Shown piece after piece: positions 38,543-48,179 of a DNA stretch of 64,000 nucleotides (position 1 is its first letter; each line of letters opens with the position of its first letter). Source of the stretch: a virus. The notes beneath the pieces were generated by a model, which saw nothing but the letters and a program-made list of their open reading frames with translations, had not been told where the DNA came from and did not search any database. The stretch is from positions 55,224 to 119,223 of IMG/VR virus record IMGVR_UViG_3300032893_000008. One strand, given 5' to 3'. The position numbers and the translations under genes are program-made.

Positions 38543-39643
38543 TTACGGACCCTTCTCAGTGAACGCTTTCTGGGAGAAGAGAGTGGGCACCTGGGTAGCG
38601 GCAGTTGTGCAGGCCAGGGCGGCAGCCACGAAGCCTGGCTTAAGAACCCCCAAAGGGGCTCCTACCGAAACAGCAGCTAGCGCCTGGAAAGCAGCCCCGA
38701 GGCTGTTGAGGAACGTAGTCAAGAAGATAGAGAGCTGATTTCCCAACACCAGCGGTTCCTTGCAGTTCGGGCCGCCCACAAGAATTGGGGAATGCGCCTC
38801 CTGGAGGATCACCTTACCGTTAGCCCGGATCCGGATGGTTTTGTCGCTACGGGCGATGATGATTGAGTCGGGATCCGATTGCCCATCCGCGAGGGTAATC
38901 GTGCTGTCGTCCGGAGAGATCGTGATGTGCTGGTCCAAGCGGTCGATAACGGTTATGCGACCAGTCTTGTCGAACTTGAGGATCGAGCCGGCTTTTGGGT
39001 TCGTCAGGTTGCCTTTGGCATCCTTAACCCCTTGCATCATCACCGTGAATTCACCGTCCTTGTTGATGTTCCAGCGGAGGCCGTTGAATTCGCCCAGGAG
39101 TCGCTGGCCATCTTCCTGCTTCGCGCCAGGGAGGAGGGTAGGGAGTTTCTTCATGTCCGCATCACGAGTGCCGGAGTTGCCGGCGCCCTTGAATTCTGGG
39201 ACTGGCGAAGAGGCGATCTTGGATTTCAGGTCAGGATGCTGAACGCACGCCACGATGACCGGCTGGTCTTTGCGGCCGTTCAGACATGCCACCAACACCC
39301 AAGCGCCCACTTGGATGTCTGCGTTCTTCCGAAAGATCGCTTTCGGATCGGCATTGGTGTTCAGAACGGTTTCCTGGAAGTTGTTCGTCGATCCAAAAGG
39401 ATCGATCGCACGCACGTTCCGGTAGGTGACGAGAGCACGCCGGCTCTCGCTCACGACAACATCGTATTCGACGTGCTGCCCGGAAAGATTGCCGGGGGGA
39501 GTTTCATCCACGTAATGAATCTTGACGATCTGCCCGATCTGCAGTGACGTCATCGTGCGCTGGCTTACGTCAGCACTGCCTTTCACCGAGACCCGTAGAT
39601 TCGAGTCTACGACAGTGCCATCTTCAAGAAATCCACCACCCAT
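38543..39643 (-). CDS. Baseplate central spike (gpV/gp5 OB-fold)
   Basis: VGAWVLVACLNGRKDQPVIV OB motif, beta repeats, EPLVLGN. Confidence 0.7.
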   Translation of the reverse strand: MGGGFLEDGTVVDSNLRVSVKGSADVSQRTMTSLQIGQIVKIHYVDETPPGNLSGQHVEYDVVVSESRRALVTYRNVRAIDPFGSTNNFQETVLNTNADPKAIFRKNADIQVGAWVLVACLNGRKDQPVIVACVQHPDLKSKIASSPVPEFKGAGNSGTRDADMKKLPTLLPGAKQEDGQRLLGEFNGLRWNINKDGEFTVMMQGVKDAKGNLTNPKAGSILKFDKTGRITVIDRLDQHITISPDDSTITLADGQSDPDSIIIARSDKTIRIRANGKVILQEAHSPILVGGPNCKEPLVLGNQLSIFLTTFLNSLGAAFQALAAVSVGAPLGVLKPGFVAAALACTTAATQVPTLFSQKAFTEKGP

Positions 39644-41421
39644 TAGGTCCCCCGGGAAACAGGATAGAGGGAGGAGGTGTTCTTGGTATAGAGCGGCTGT
39701 TCGTCGACCGTTTGGCCGCGGACAGTAGCGACCGTCGTCCGGAAAGTCTTCAGTCCTTCCGGAGACACGGAGTAAGAATGCGTGTAGGTCTGGATATGGT
39801 GCAGTTCGTGGGAGCCGTCATCGCGAACGATCTCCAGGTTGTCACCGATCCCGATCGGTTCTTCGATTCCATGCATGTGGAACGTCCCAGTCTCCAGAAG
39901 ATGCGCGCGGAGCCACCAGTCCGCCTGGATCTGAGTCCATTCCGGAACGTAGCTGATGTCATTAGCGTGCGCGCTTGCGGGCCCGATTCCGCTGAAACGA
40001 AAATATTTCTGGAGTGCCTTCGGATCATCACCAGTGACGCCCTGCTCTAGAGCGGCGCCCAGCTGGCCTGACCAACGGATATCTGCACTGGTTTGGGGCA
40101 GCATTGCGTTCACGCCATGCCTGGCAACGGAGAGGTTGTCAACCGCGAAGTTTCCCATCAGAGTCTGGAAGACGATGTTGTCTGCTCCACCGGATTGGGC
40201 AATACCGTTACCGAAAAGCTGCAGATAGTTGCATCGCATCTCGTCCGAACGACCGATATCTTCAGAGATGATGAAGCTCTCCGGCACCTGGAACCGAGGA
40301 ATCGAGGTGAAGGTAGTGACGGGAACGCCTTTCAGTTCCGACGCGGCTTTCGTGGACGTGTAGGGGATTTGCCGGATGACGATCGTTGGCTGTAGCGTAT
40401 CGCCAGCGGCATCTGGTCGAAGCTCCACGAACATCTCGTTCATGGTGGGGTTCGAATAGGTCTTCAGGATAGACCAGGTGGTGAACTTGTTTCCTGTGTC
40501 GACCTGGATAAACTGCAGACCGGGGAGATCGGATAGCTCGGGCGTAGTCGATCCGTCGACGTAGGTCGCGCGACCGATGTGTCGCTGCAGGAAGCCGTTG
40601 ATCGATCCGGAGGTTGAAGCGTTCCCCTTAAAAAAAGACGTAATCGCGCCCGGCATGAGGAATACTTTGTTGGGGGTCGTTGCATCCGCAATGGGAGTCA
40701 GGCGATCACGATTAAGCGTCCCCATGAACGCATTCAGAAGCTTGTGAGCGTTCTCGCCCGGGGTCGAATGAAAATCGACTAAAGCGTCCAGGGTGGGATA
40801 CAGTGTGGCGAACTGATCCTTCAGGTTCTCGGCCATAACAGGATTGAAGTAGATGTCCGTTTCGAAGAACTTGCCGAAGTCCTCACCACTGATCACGTAG
40901 CGAGTCGTTTTTGCGCCGTTGGCTGCAGTCTGGCGCTGAACTCTGACGCTCGTAACGACGCCCCAGGTCTTGAAGCCAGACTTGACGCTGTTGTCGCCCG
41001 TGCGATTCGGTGAGCGGTTCATCCAGATCAGGACATGATCCCCTGGATGCAGGAGGGCATGGTAGTTCTTGCGGGGAGCTAGGGTCATCTCCCAGGATCC
41101 GGAAGCTCGCTCTTTGGTCTTCGTAACGCTACAGCTAAGAATATCGCCAGCGACCGGAAGGACGTTCGTTTCGAGAGCGGCATTCACGTCACCGTCGTGC
41201 AGGATCCCGGGGATCGAGATGTCGACCGTCTTTGCGACAGGTTGGGCACGAGGTCCGGGCTTAAGGTGCAGATCCGGATTCGATACCTGTCCGGTGACCT
41301 TGTCGAAAGTCGTGATCGCGCCCGTGATGGTATCGCGAATCTTGAAGGCGAAGAATTGCGCATAACAATCAGGCGCATAGCTGCGCTTCCAGTTGCTATT
41401 GATTTTGGCGTAAGGAATCAT
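39643..41421 (-). CDS. Baseplate hub protein
   Basis: CSVTKT..SGSWEMTL, ISGEDFG, NEMFVE; position after tape measure. Confidence 0.65.
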   Translation of the reverse strand: MIPYAKINSNWKRSYAPDCYAQFFAFKIRDTITGAITTFDKVTGQVSNPDLHLKPGPRAQPVAKTVDISIPGILHDGDVNAALETNVLPVAGDILSCSVTKTKERASGSWEMTLAPRKNYHALLHPGDHVLIWMNRSPNRTGDNSVKSGFKTWGVVTSVRVQRQTAANGAKTTRYVISGEDFGKFFETDIYFNPVMAENLKDQFATLYPTLDALVDFHSTPGENAHKLLNAFMGTLNRDRLTPIADATTPNKVFLMPGAITSFFKGNASTSGSINGFLQRHIGRATYVDGSTTPELSDLPGLQFIQVDTGNKFTTWSILKTYSNPTMNEMFVELRPDAAGDTLQPTIVIRQIPYTSTKAASELKGVPVTTFTSIPRFQVPESFIISEDIGRSDEMRCNYLQLFGNGIAQSGGADNIVFQTLMGNFAVDNLSVARHGVNAMLPQTSADIRWSGQLGAALEQGVTGDDPKALQKYFRFSGIGPASAHANDISYVPEWTQIQADWWLRAHLLETGTFHMHGIEEPIGIGDNLEIVRDDGSHELHHIQTYTHSYSVSPEGLKTFRTTVATVRGQTVDEQPLYTKNTSSLYPVSRGT

Positions 41422-43814
41422 TAGTGATGAGCCAAGACGTCGAGAGACTCACGAGCGCTAGGCGCGCGGTTCTTGTAGTTCGCTGCCTCGGAGATAGGAA
41501 CCTGCGCTCCGCCCACCTGGACTTCGTAACCGCCTTCACCGGCCCGACCTTTGATGATCGCATCGGTGACCATCTTGAGACCACCGTTGGCCCAGTCTTT
41601 CATGGCCTGGTTCAGAACCATGATCCCCTGGTTAGCGAGCCCCGAGGCGAGGAGTTCGGTATTCGTGAGCTGATTCAGGAAAACGTCCATATCCTTGATC
41701 CGCTGATCACGCGCTTCGAAGTCAACGCCGCCCTCAGGGATACGACCTTCACCGCGCATGAACCCCCGACGCAAGCCGGTCGTCTGTAGGACATCCTGGA
41801 GCGTGCCTTCGCGAGACATGATGAGCCGGTTGACACGCGGATCCGCACTACCCGGAACGCTCGCGAAAGCGCCACTGATAGCCTGGCCGGTCGCCATAGC
41901 GAAGTTCTGGATGTCAGCCATCGATCCACCCATGCGGCCGCCGCCGCGGGAGGCTTCTTCCGCAACGATCCGCTGGAACTCAGGATTGGACCATTGGCTG
42001 GGGTCATAACGACCGAAAAGGAGCACCAAGCGGGATCTCGTGCCGGGGTCGACATGTCCGAAGAACCGGTCAACGATACGCTGGGCGGTCATCATGTTCA
42101 TCAAGCCCTGTAGACCGGTGCGCTGGTTAAGTTCGCCCATGATCGTATTCATGCCACCTTGGGCGACGTCCGCCGCACGACCAGGGCCAACGCCCGACAT
42201 ACCCTGCGCAATGCGCATGGCCTGTTCGAAGATACCGGTCCCGGCGGCACCGCCGAAACCGCCGGCGCGATACGCCATGGAGGTGATCGCATCCACTTGG
42301 CGCTTGCCGATCTCAGAGTTGTCGTTACCGCGGGCAACAGCTCGCGACATCAGATCTTCCAATTCTTGCTGGGCGTTACCGACATCGCCGTGCATGAGCC
42401 GTTGGATCTGAGCTTGCTGGAATTCAGCGCCGATGCCACTACGGCCCATCCTCAACATGCTCGGGAGATTCGCCCGTCCGAAGGGAGCCATGCCCATAAG
42501 ACCACCGAGCATCTCCTCCTCACCGAAGCCATACCGGGCCGTCATCGGCATCAGCTGTCCGGTGGACATGCCGATCATGTCCATCGAGGAGAGCCCAAAC
42601 GCTGAACGGAAGCCGAGGCGGCTCTGCGCTCTCTCCAGGCCGAGATTACCGGACATGATGTCGATTTTATTGATGCCGGATAGACCCTGAAGAGCCTGCA
42701 ACGTTGCTTCAGCTGCCTTACTCTCGTAGGGCGCACCGCCCTGCATATAACTCAGGAAGTCCATGCCGAAGCCAGAAACCGCCGCTCCAGCTCCACCGAT
42801 TAGCGCTCCTGGAACGGCACCAACACCACCGAAGATACTACCGCCGGCGGCACCACCAGCGGCCCCAATGCCTACCTTACCGGCCTGCTGCAGCACGGCA
42901 TTGAGGTAAGCGTTACTGCCTACAACACCGGCGCGAGCGCGCATGCCCGGGTTCAACGTCACCAGGATGTCTTCCGCGTTCATGCGGAGTCCCGCCTGGA
43001 GGGTCGCGGTATTGAGATCCTGAACTTTTGCGGCTTGACCAATGGCCAGACCAGTGCTACCGAGAGCACGATCCATGACATCCATCACCTTCTTGATCAC
43101 GCCGGCCGTGAGGAGGCCAGCGAGCGCGGCCGCGATCGGATCGGCCCCGCCCCCGCCCCCGCCCCCGCCGGCGGCCTGGATGATGGACTCCTTGATGCGG
43201 GTTCGATCCTCCATCTCCCGCTGAGCAGCGCTAGCCCGGCCGATGTCACCAGCTGCAACTGCTTCCTCGCGCTCCTTCTTGAGGCGCCCAAGGATGTTCG
43301 TCGTGGAGTCCAGCTCGGTCTTGAACTTGTTGAGTGCCAGGAGGGTAGCCTTGGACTCCGAATCCTCAGCACCGCTCAGACCCTTGATACGCTCTGACAG
43401 GAACTCGCTTGCCCCACGGCCACCCGTCATCATCAGAATGTGCTTCTCGCGCTCGCTCATCCCACGCTGGGACATCGCCATGGACAGAGCGGGATCGTCT
43501 TGCCGGAAACGCTGATAGGCGTCACGACTATCTACCGGATCGTTCGGAACGCCACCCGGCGATACGGTGCGACCAAAGATGTCGCGGATGCCCGGGCCGG
43601 CGCCGCGCATCGACGTGCCGGGGGAAGAGGTGACGTTCAGACCTTGATTTCCACCGCCAGTGCCGGCCAGGGGGCCAATAAGTTCGACACTCGCTGGAAT
43701 CCGGATTCCCTGCTGAACTACCTGCTGCAGGCGAGCCATTAGCCCCTGGAAATCCTTAAGGATACCCTCGACATCGGCGACGAACTTCAGCTCGAATTTG
43801 TGACTTCCGGGCAT
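41421..43814 (-). CDS. Tape measure protein (putative)
   Basis: Gly/Ala/Met-rich helical protein after chaperone genes, before hub. Confidence 0.65.
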   Translation of the reverse strand: MPGSHKFELKFVADVEGILKDFQGLMARLQQVVQQGIRIPASVELIGPLAGTGGGNQGLNVTSSPGTSMRGAGPGIRDIFGRTVSPGGVPNDPVDSRDAYQRFRQDDPALSMAMSQRGMSEREKHILMMTGGRGASEFLSERIKGLSGAEDSESKATLLALNKFKTELDSTTNILGRLKKEREEAVAAGDIGRASAAQREMEDRTRIKESIIQAAGGGGGGGGADPIAAALAGLLTAGVIKKVMDVMDRALGSTGLAIGQAAKVQDLNTATLQAGLRMNAEDILVTLNPGMRARAGVVGSNAYLNAVLQQAGKVGIGAAGGAAGGSIFGGVGAVPGALIGGAGAAVSGFGMDFLSYMQGGAPYESKAAEATLQALQGLSGINKIDIMSGNLGLERAQSRLGFRSAFGLSSMDMIGMSTGQLMPMTARYGFGEEEMLGGLMGMAPFGRANLPSMLRMGRSGIGAEFQQAQIQRLMHGDVGNAQQELEDLMSRAVARGNDNSEIGKRQVDAITSMAYRAGGFGGAAGTGIFEQAMRIAQGMSGVGPGRAADVAQGGMNTIMGELNQRTGLQGLMNMMTAQRIVDRFFGHVDPGTRSRLVLLFGRYDPSQWSNPEFQRIVAEEASRGGGRMGGSMADIQNFAMATGQAISGAFASVPGSADPRVNRLIMSREGTLQDVLQTTGLRRGFMRGEGRIPEGGVDFEARDQRIKDMDVFLNQLTNTELLASGLANQGIMVLNQAMKDWANGGLKMVTDAIIKGRAGEGGYEVQVGGAQVPISEAANYKNRAPSARESLDVLAHH

Positions 43815-43817
43815 CTC

Positions 43818-44294
43818 TTAGTCCTTCATGTCGAACTTGTGGTGGATGCCGCGTCCCATGGCCAGGATGTCGTCGACTTCGTGCTCTTCGGCGTGCTTTT
43901 CCAGGGCTTCTTCGATCTCGCCCTCGACTTTAGCCTGCTGGTCCTTCGGGATCAACTTTTCCCCGAATTTTTCGGCCATTTTGTCGGCCCAGTCATCGTC
44001 TTCTTGGGCGATCTTCTGCTGTTCCTTCACTTTCTTGAAGGCTTCAGGATTCGATCGGTAGGAGACGTCCAGGTATTCCACGACCAACTCTTCCAGGCTA
44101 TAGTCCAGGAGCAGGGGATCCCGGTAGGGTCGATTGTAACGGATACACCACCAGGAGCGCAGGAAACGCTCCAGGTCGTTCTCCGTCTTGATCTTGGTCT
44201 GGGCGGACTTCATGACCCGAGAATAGACGTTGTCGAACGACAGCTTGGTCGTTGGACGAGCGACCGTCAGGACTCGGGTATCGGAATAGTCCAT
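43818..44294 (-). CDS. Tail assembly chaperone-like
   Basis: WWCIRYNRPYRDPLLLDYSLEEL; precedes tape measure. Confidence 0.6.
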   Translation of the reverse strand: MDYSDTRVLTVARPTTKLSFDNVYSRVMKSAQTKIKTENDLERFLRSWWCIRYNRPYRDPLLLDYSLEELVVEYLDVSYRSNPEAFKKVKEQQKIAQEDDDWADKMAEKFGEKLIPKDQQAKVEGEIEEALEKHAEEHEVDDILAMGRGIHHKFDMKD

Positions 44295-44297
44295 GTA

Positions 44298-44561
44298 TTA
44301 CTTACGGTTATACTTACCTAGGACGTGCTTTTTCTTGCGATTTGCGACTTTCTTGGTCACTTTTACTCGACCAGAAAACTTGACGCTAGTAGGCATCAGC
44401 TCGATTGTAGCCCGCGCTACGTCATTGGCTGAAATCGTTAGGCTAACACTGGTCACGAGCGGCACTTTCTTGCCGTCGATCCATAGTTCAGCTCTCGCTC
44501 CGGTCAATACCTTACCGGAACGCAGACCTCGATCCTTTATACGAATGTGAGTGCTTTTCAC
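44298..44561 (-). CDS. Hypothetical basic protein
   Basis: Coupled between the two chaperone-like genes. Confidence 0.5.
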   Translation of the reverse strand: MKSTHIRIKDRGLRSGKVLTGARAELWIDGKKVPLVTSVSLTISANDVARATIELMPTSVKFSGRVKVTKKVANRKKKHVLGKYNRK

Positions 44562-45016
44562 GACGCCCCCGGCGCTTCCGAGGGTTCCTCGGATTCCTCG
44601 ATCGCCGGCTTCGGGGGCTCGTCCGGTCCCCAGACCTCAAGGCGGAAGTCAGCTTCGGCCTGCATGCATTCCGCGAAGATAGCGGAAATCACGTTCAGGT
44701 CCATGAGGGTCTTGCCGGGGACTCCCTCTTCCGGCAGGAAGGAATTGATCCACCAGGCGGGTGCCTTGGTGATGCGCACGTAGAGCTGAGACAGCACGTA
44801 GTGCAGCGTCTGGGTGGCCGGCCGGATCTCCTTGAGTCCCTGGTTCATACGGGCTTCGACGAGGTCTGCCTCTGCCCGCTGGCCGAGGTTCAGGACGCGC
44901 CGGCACGTGAAGGACCCGTGGGACGTCTGCTTGGTGACTTCACCGACTACGTTGATCGTGAAAGTGTGTTCGTTGGGGGGTAGCTTGTCGCTAGTCTGAG
45001 TCTTGGGCGTAGGCAT
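44558..45016 (-). CDS. Tail assembly chaperone-like
   Basis: GSFTCRR..L..ITKAPAWW; GGTAAAAT upstream. Confidence 0.6.
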   Translation of the reverse strand: MPTPKTQTSDKLPPNEHTFTINVVGEVTKQTSHGSFTCRRVLNLGQRAEADLVEARMNQGLKEIRPATQTLHYVLSQLYVRITKAPAWWINSFLPEEGVPGKTLMDLNVISAIFAECMQAEADFRLEVWGPDEPPKPAIEESEEPSEAPGAS

Positions 45017-45041
45017 GCCCAGATTTTACCAGGAAGCGTTT

Positions 45042-45491
45042 TTAGGCGCCGTAGCGCCCACTCATGATCGGAATCATCGAGAGGACGAAGAAATTGAAGC
45101 TCGCATGGACGAAGATCGGAGCCCAGAGCCCCAGTCGGCGGTAGAGATAGCCCAGAACTGCCCCCATCGCGATCGCCTCGAAAACCTGCGGAAGATGGCC
45201 TGGTCCATTCAGGAGGTGTGCCAGGCCGAAGAGGAGGGAGGAGAGCGCTAAAGCGACGTTGTCGGAAAGCTTAAGGACTTTCGTGAAAAGCAAGTCCATG
45301 ACCAGATAGCGAAAAATCGCTTCCTCTGCGCATCCAACCTCCAAGTCGTCCAGGGCGCTCCAGAATAGGAACTCAACTACATCGTTATGATTTTCAACGA
45401 CTTTTCCGATCGAGGCAGCGAAAGTGCCTAGCAGAAGGGCGGACCAGAAGCCCGTAAGGATCACGATACCAGTGGTAACGAGGCGCTTCAT
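45042..45491 (-). CDS. CPBP/Abi (CAAX-like) intramembrane metalloprotease
   Basis: EEAIFR, FGLAH, HASFN. Confidence 0.85.
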   Translation of the reverse strand: MKRLVTTGIVILTGFWSALLLGTFAASIGKVVENHNDVVEFLFWSALDDLEVGCAEEAIFRYLVMDLLFTKVLKLSDNVALALSSLLFGLAHLLNGPGHLPQVFEAIAMGAVLGYLYRRLGLWAPIFVHASFNFFVLSMIPIMSGRYGA

Positions 45492-45505
45492 GTTCCCCCC
45501 CCTGG

Positions 45506-45898
45506 TTACTTCAGGGTGCCTTCCACCGTGCTCTTCCAGGCGTCATAGATCTCCTGAGCGAGAGCGAGAGCGTCGTCGCGCTGCTTCACGGTCTCCTCCT
45601 GCCGCCGGTGGCAATCCGCCAGGAGCTTGCGGACGCCTTCGTAGGCGAGCTTGTGCTCGTGCAGCTTCGCCTGGAGGCTGGCGATGAATCGCGCGTTCAC
45701 GGCCGTGACCGGATCGGCCTGCCGGCGAGCGTATTTGAGCTGCCCCTTCAGGGCCTTGTTCTCGTTACGCAGGAGCTGCAGTTCGGTCGGGCTATTCGCC
45801 TCCCGACGGAAAAGATAGTAGGTGCCTGCAGCGAGGGAGCCTGCATACACAATCAGGCCGAAGATGAACGAGAGAGAAACGTAATCGACGAAGTTCAT
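45506..45898 (-). CDS. TM + coiled-coil protein
   Basis: N-terminal TM then heptads. Confidence 0.55.
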   Translation of the reverse strand: MNFVDYVSLSFIFGLIVYAGSLAAGTYYLFRREANSPTELQLLRNENKALKGQLKYARRQADPVTAVNARFIASLQAKLHEHKLAYEGVRKLLADCHRRQEETVKQRDDALALAQEIYDAWKSTVEGTLK

Positions 45899-46242
45899 TT
45901 GGTCCTCTTCACTCTTACCGTCACGGACTTGCCGGCGTTGAGCATCTTGGTGATTGCGTCCTTGGTCCCGCGGGATTCTCCATCCCAGAAAGCGATCATC
46001 TCGTCTGCCGCTGCCGCGATTTTGCTATTTCGCACCAGAGGGGCGTGGTTCCCGAACAGCTCGTAGTCCGGTAGGAAGGCTTCGACCTGTAGTCCGTCCT
46101 TGCGCGCCTGATCGGCCGCCCAGGAGTCGACTCCCGCGGCCCCGCCAGACACGATGATAGTGTCTGGCGTGAGCGCGTGGACGAATGCCCGGACTTGCTC
46201 TTCGTCCGGGTATCCGCGGCTACCTACGATCGCGAGCCTCAC
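45895..46242 (-). CDS. SLOG-family (YspA/DprA-like) nucleotide-binding protein
   Basis: AIVGSR, IVSGGAAGVDSWA, RNSKI, AFWDGESRGT. Confidence 0.85.
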   Translation of the reverse strand: MRLAIVGSRGYPDEEQVRAFVHALTPDTIIVSGGAAGVDSWAADQARKDGLQVEAFLPDYELFGNHAPLVRNSKIAAAADEMIAFWDGESRGTKDAITKMLNAGKSVTVRVKRTK

Positions 46243-46841
46243 TTCGAACCCGGGGCGTAGTTCGCGTGGATCCCGCGCATGCCTTCGACCGTCAGATCGT
46301 GAACGGGCAAGGTAGGCGCTTCCATGATGGTCGACGGCGTCGGCGTCGAGACTGGCAGCGTGATCGGACCGGTGAGGTTGTAGAACTTGAAGTCGGTCCG
46401 AACGGGACCGGCGAGCACGCTACCATCGCCTGCGAAGTAGGTCGTGAAGACCGACAGCTTGGCCGTCGTCTCGACTGCCGAACCCTTGTAGACGCTCGTG
46501 ACGTAGAGCCCGTCGATGCCCGTCCAGACGTTCTCGATCTTGGAATCGATCACGACCTTGTCCTCCATGGCCAGGCCGAGCGCGCCCCAGTAGCTCACTC
46601 CGGCGCCGTCCTGCATGATCCAGATCGGGTAGTCGTCGACCGTCGTGGTCTGCAGATTCCCGCCGGGATCCTTGCCGGTGACGTCGATCGAGGCCAGGTA
46701 GGCGCCACCAACGACGGGCGAGACGTTGGAGACCCCCGACTTGGTCTTCTCGCAGCCGATCGTGACGGCGAGAGTGAGGAGGAGAACGAAGAAGGCGATG
46801 AGGACGCGTGCGGAACTGCGTGCGAAGATGTTTCCGGTCAT
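46239..46841 (-). CDS. Putative lipoprotein
   Basis: Hydrophobic signal ending TIGC; SD-like AAGGG. Confidence 0.6.
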   Translation of the reverse strand: MTGNIFARSSARVLIAFFVLLLTLAVTIGCEKTKSGVSNVSPVVGGAYLASIDVTGKDPGGNLQTTTVDDYPIWIMQDGAGVSYWGALGLAMEDKVVIDSKIENVWTGIDGLYVTSVYKGSAVETTAKLSVFTTYFAGDGSVLAGPVRTDFKFYNLTGPITLPVSTPTPSTIMEAPTLPVHDLTVEGMRGIHANYAPGSK

Positions 46842-46881
46842 GTGTTTCCCTTTCTGTAGGGGATAATACCCCCGTGATTCA

Positions 46882-46931
46882 GTTTTAGCACCATGATAGA
46901 AGCTTGACAAGCTTTTTCTTCATGGTAAAGT
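46882..46931. promoter_or_regulatory. Back-to-back sigma70 promoters sharing one -35 palindrome
   Basis: AAGCTTG-A-CAAGCTT (46900-46914); + TTGACA-16-TAAAGT; - TTGTCA-17-TAAAAC. Confidence 0.6.
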
Positions 46932-46937
46932 TGGGAC

Positions 46938-47084
46938 GTCCGAAGCGCCTCCGAGGAGAGGGACTTCCCTGAGCCGTATTGGGCCTATAAGGACGAGCGG
47001 GGTAGGGGGCGGAGGGTTGGTTGGCGAATGCATCCCGTGCAAACGGGGGAGCAACAAGCACCACGTGTAGGAGGCGCTTCGGAC
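46938..47084 (+). ncRNA. Candidate structured ncRNA of unknown class (~147 nt)
   Basis: Perfect 15-bp terminal stem GTCCGAAGCGCCTCC/GGAGGCGCTTCGGAC starting at predicted +1; internal GCAA-tetraloop hairpin; no credible ORF. Confidence 0.65.
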
Positions 47085-47167
47085 TAGTAGCGCTTGTGAC
47101 TGCCGAACCAGTAGTCCAGGATCAGCAGCACGATCACGCACCAGAAGAAAAACCAGCCGAATTTCAT
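47084..47167 (-). CDS. 27-aa hydrophobic peptide
   Basis: MKFGWFFFWCVIVLLILDYWFGSHKRY; ATGA-coupled to upstream protease. Confidence 0.45.
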   Translation of the reverse strand: MKFGWFFFWCVIVLLILDYWFGSHKRY

Positions 47168-47646
47168 GCGTTTTCTCGCAGCCTACGGGTGCACTCTCGA
47201 CAGAATCGCCCGAATGATACGTTCACCGGGCACATGAGACAGAACGGATCGGGATGATGCTTCAGCCCGCGGACGTGCCCTAGCTCGTGGCGTAGCACCC
47301 ATCGAGCCATGATGTTCTTGAAGGGTCCGAACAGACTGAGCCCACGCCACGAGAGCGTTACTACCGAGTTGGCGGTATCGAACTGCCACTGGGGATAGGT
47401 CCAGCCTCGTTCGCGATACGTTCCTTGCTTTACGATGACGATCTGGTCGTAGTTGCGGCAAAATTCAACGACTTCGCCTACGTCTCGATGTGGAAGGTGA
47501 ACTACAGCTACGGAATCAAATCCCATGCTGAGCGGAGCATCATTCGCGACGTTGACGTTCTCGATCGACGGCAAGTCGTCGTTGAGCCCGGTGGTATAGA
47601 CAACGATTAGCCTCACGGTAGCAGCCTCGCGAAAGTGCGAAGGCAT
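47164..47646 (-). CDS. Zinc metalloprotease (metzincin-like)
   Basis: HELGHVRGLKH, CLM Met-turn, FCREC; true start likely ~47616. Confidence 0.75.
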   Translation of the reverse strand: MPSHFREAATVRLIVVYTTGLNDDLPSIENVNVANDAPLSMGFDSVAVVHLPHRDVGEVVEFCRNYDQIVIVKQGTYRERGWTYPQWQFDTANSVVTLSWRGLSLFGPFKNIMARWVLRHELGHVRGLKHHPDPFCLMCPVNVSFGRFCRECTRRLRENA

Positions 47647-48179
47647 TCAACCGTCCAGTAGCGATCGGCTGGATAATCCGAGACGCAGCCGTCAGTGTCG
47701 ACCTCGTGCTTGTAACAGGCGCCGTAGAAAGAGTTACCGGACTCGTCGTCCGAATCCCAGTTCTGTCGGATACTTGCCACTTTTTTCTTGAGCTTCTCGA
47801 TCTCTTCCGGATCCTCTTCACCGGATCCCTCGACGTAGTCCTTAAGGAATTCCTCCGCCAGTCGGGCATCGAAGGTCCTGGACTCACCAGTCCGGATCTT
47901 GGAAGCTACGTAGTGATAGTCCGTCGGGTTGTCCTTCAGGTATCGAATCCAGGGAAGCGGATCATTATTTGAAACGTTCAGGATCGCGTCCCCAACATCA
48001 CCTGACACAATGATCGTATGCGGGAGAAGGGTCACCCAGAAGAGGTAGATGCCCGTGCCCGGTTCACGGATAAGCCAGGAGCGCACCTCGCCTTCGGTTA
48101 CTTTCGGTTCCAGGACGTGATTTTTGAAAGCTTCCTCGGCGAAGTGCTTGACGTTTTCGAGGCGCGGAGTCATGATCAC
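47613..48179 (-). CDS. Hypothetical phage protein
   Basis: EPGTG..IVSGDVGD..YVASKI. Confidence 0.6.
   Translation of the reverse strand: MIMTPRLENVKHFAEEAFKNHVLEPKVTEGEVRSWLIREPGTGIYLFWVTLLPHTIIVSGDVGDAILNVSNNDPLPWIRYLKDNPTDYHYVASKIRTGESRTFDARLAEEFLKDYVEGSGEEDPEEIEKLKKKVASIRQNWDSDDESGNSFYGACYKHEVDTDGCVSDYPADRYWTVECLRTFARLLP

Noticed and set aside
46938-47084. RNase P RNA or 6S RNA identity
   Set aside because: No GAGGAAAGUCC or ACAGAA..CGGCUUA conserved regions; no long rod with central bubble
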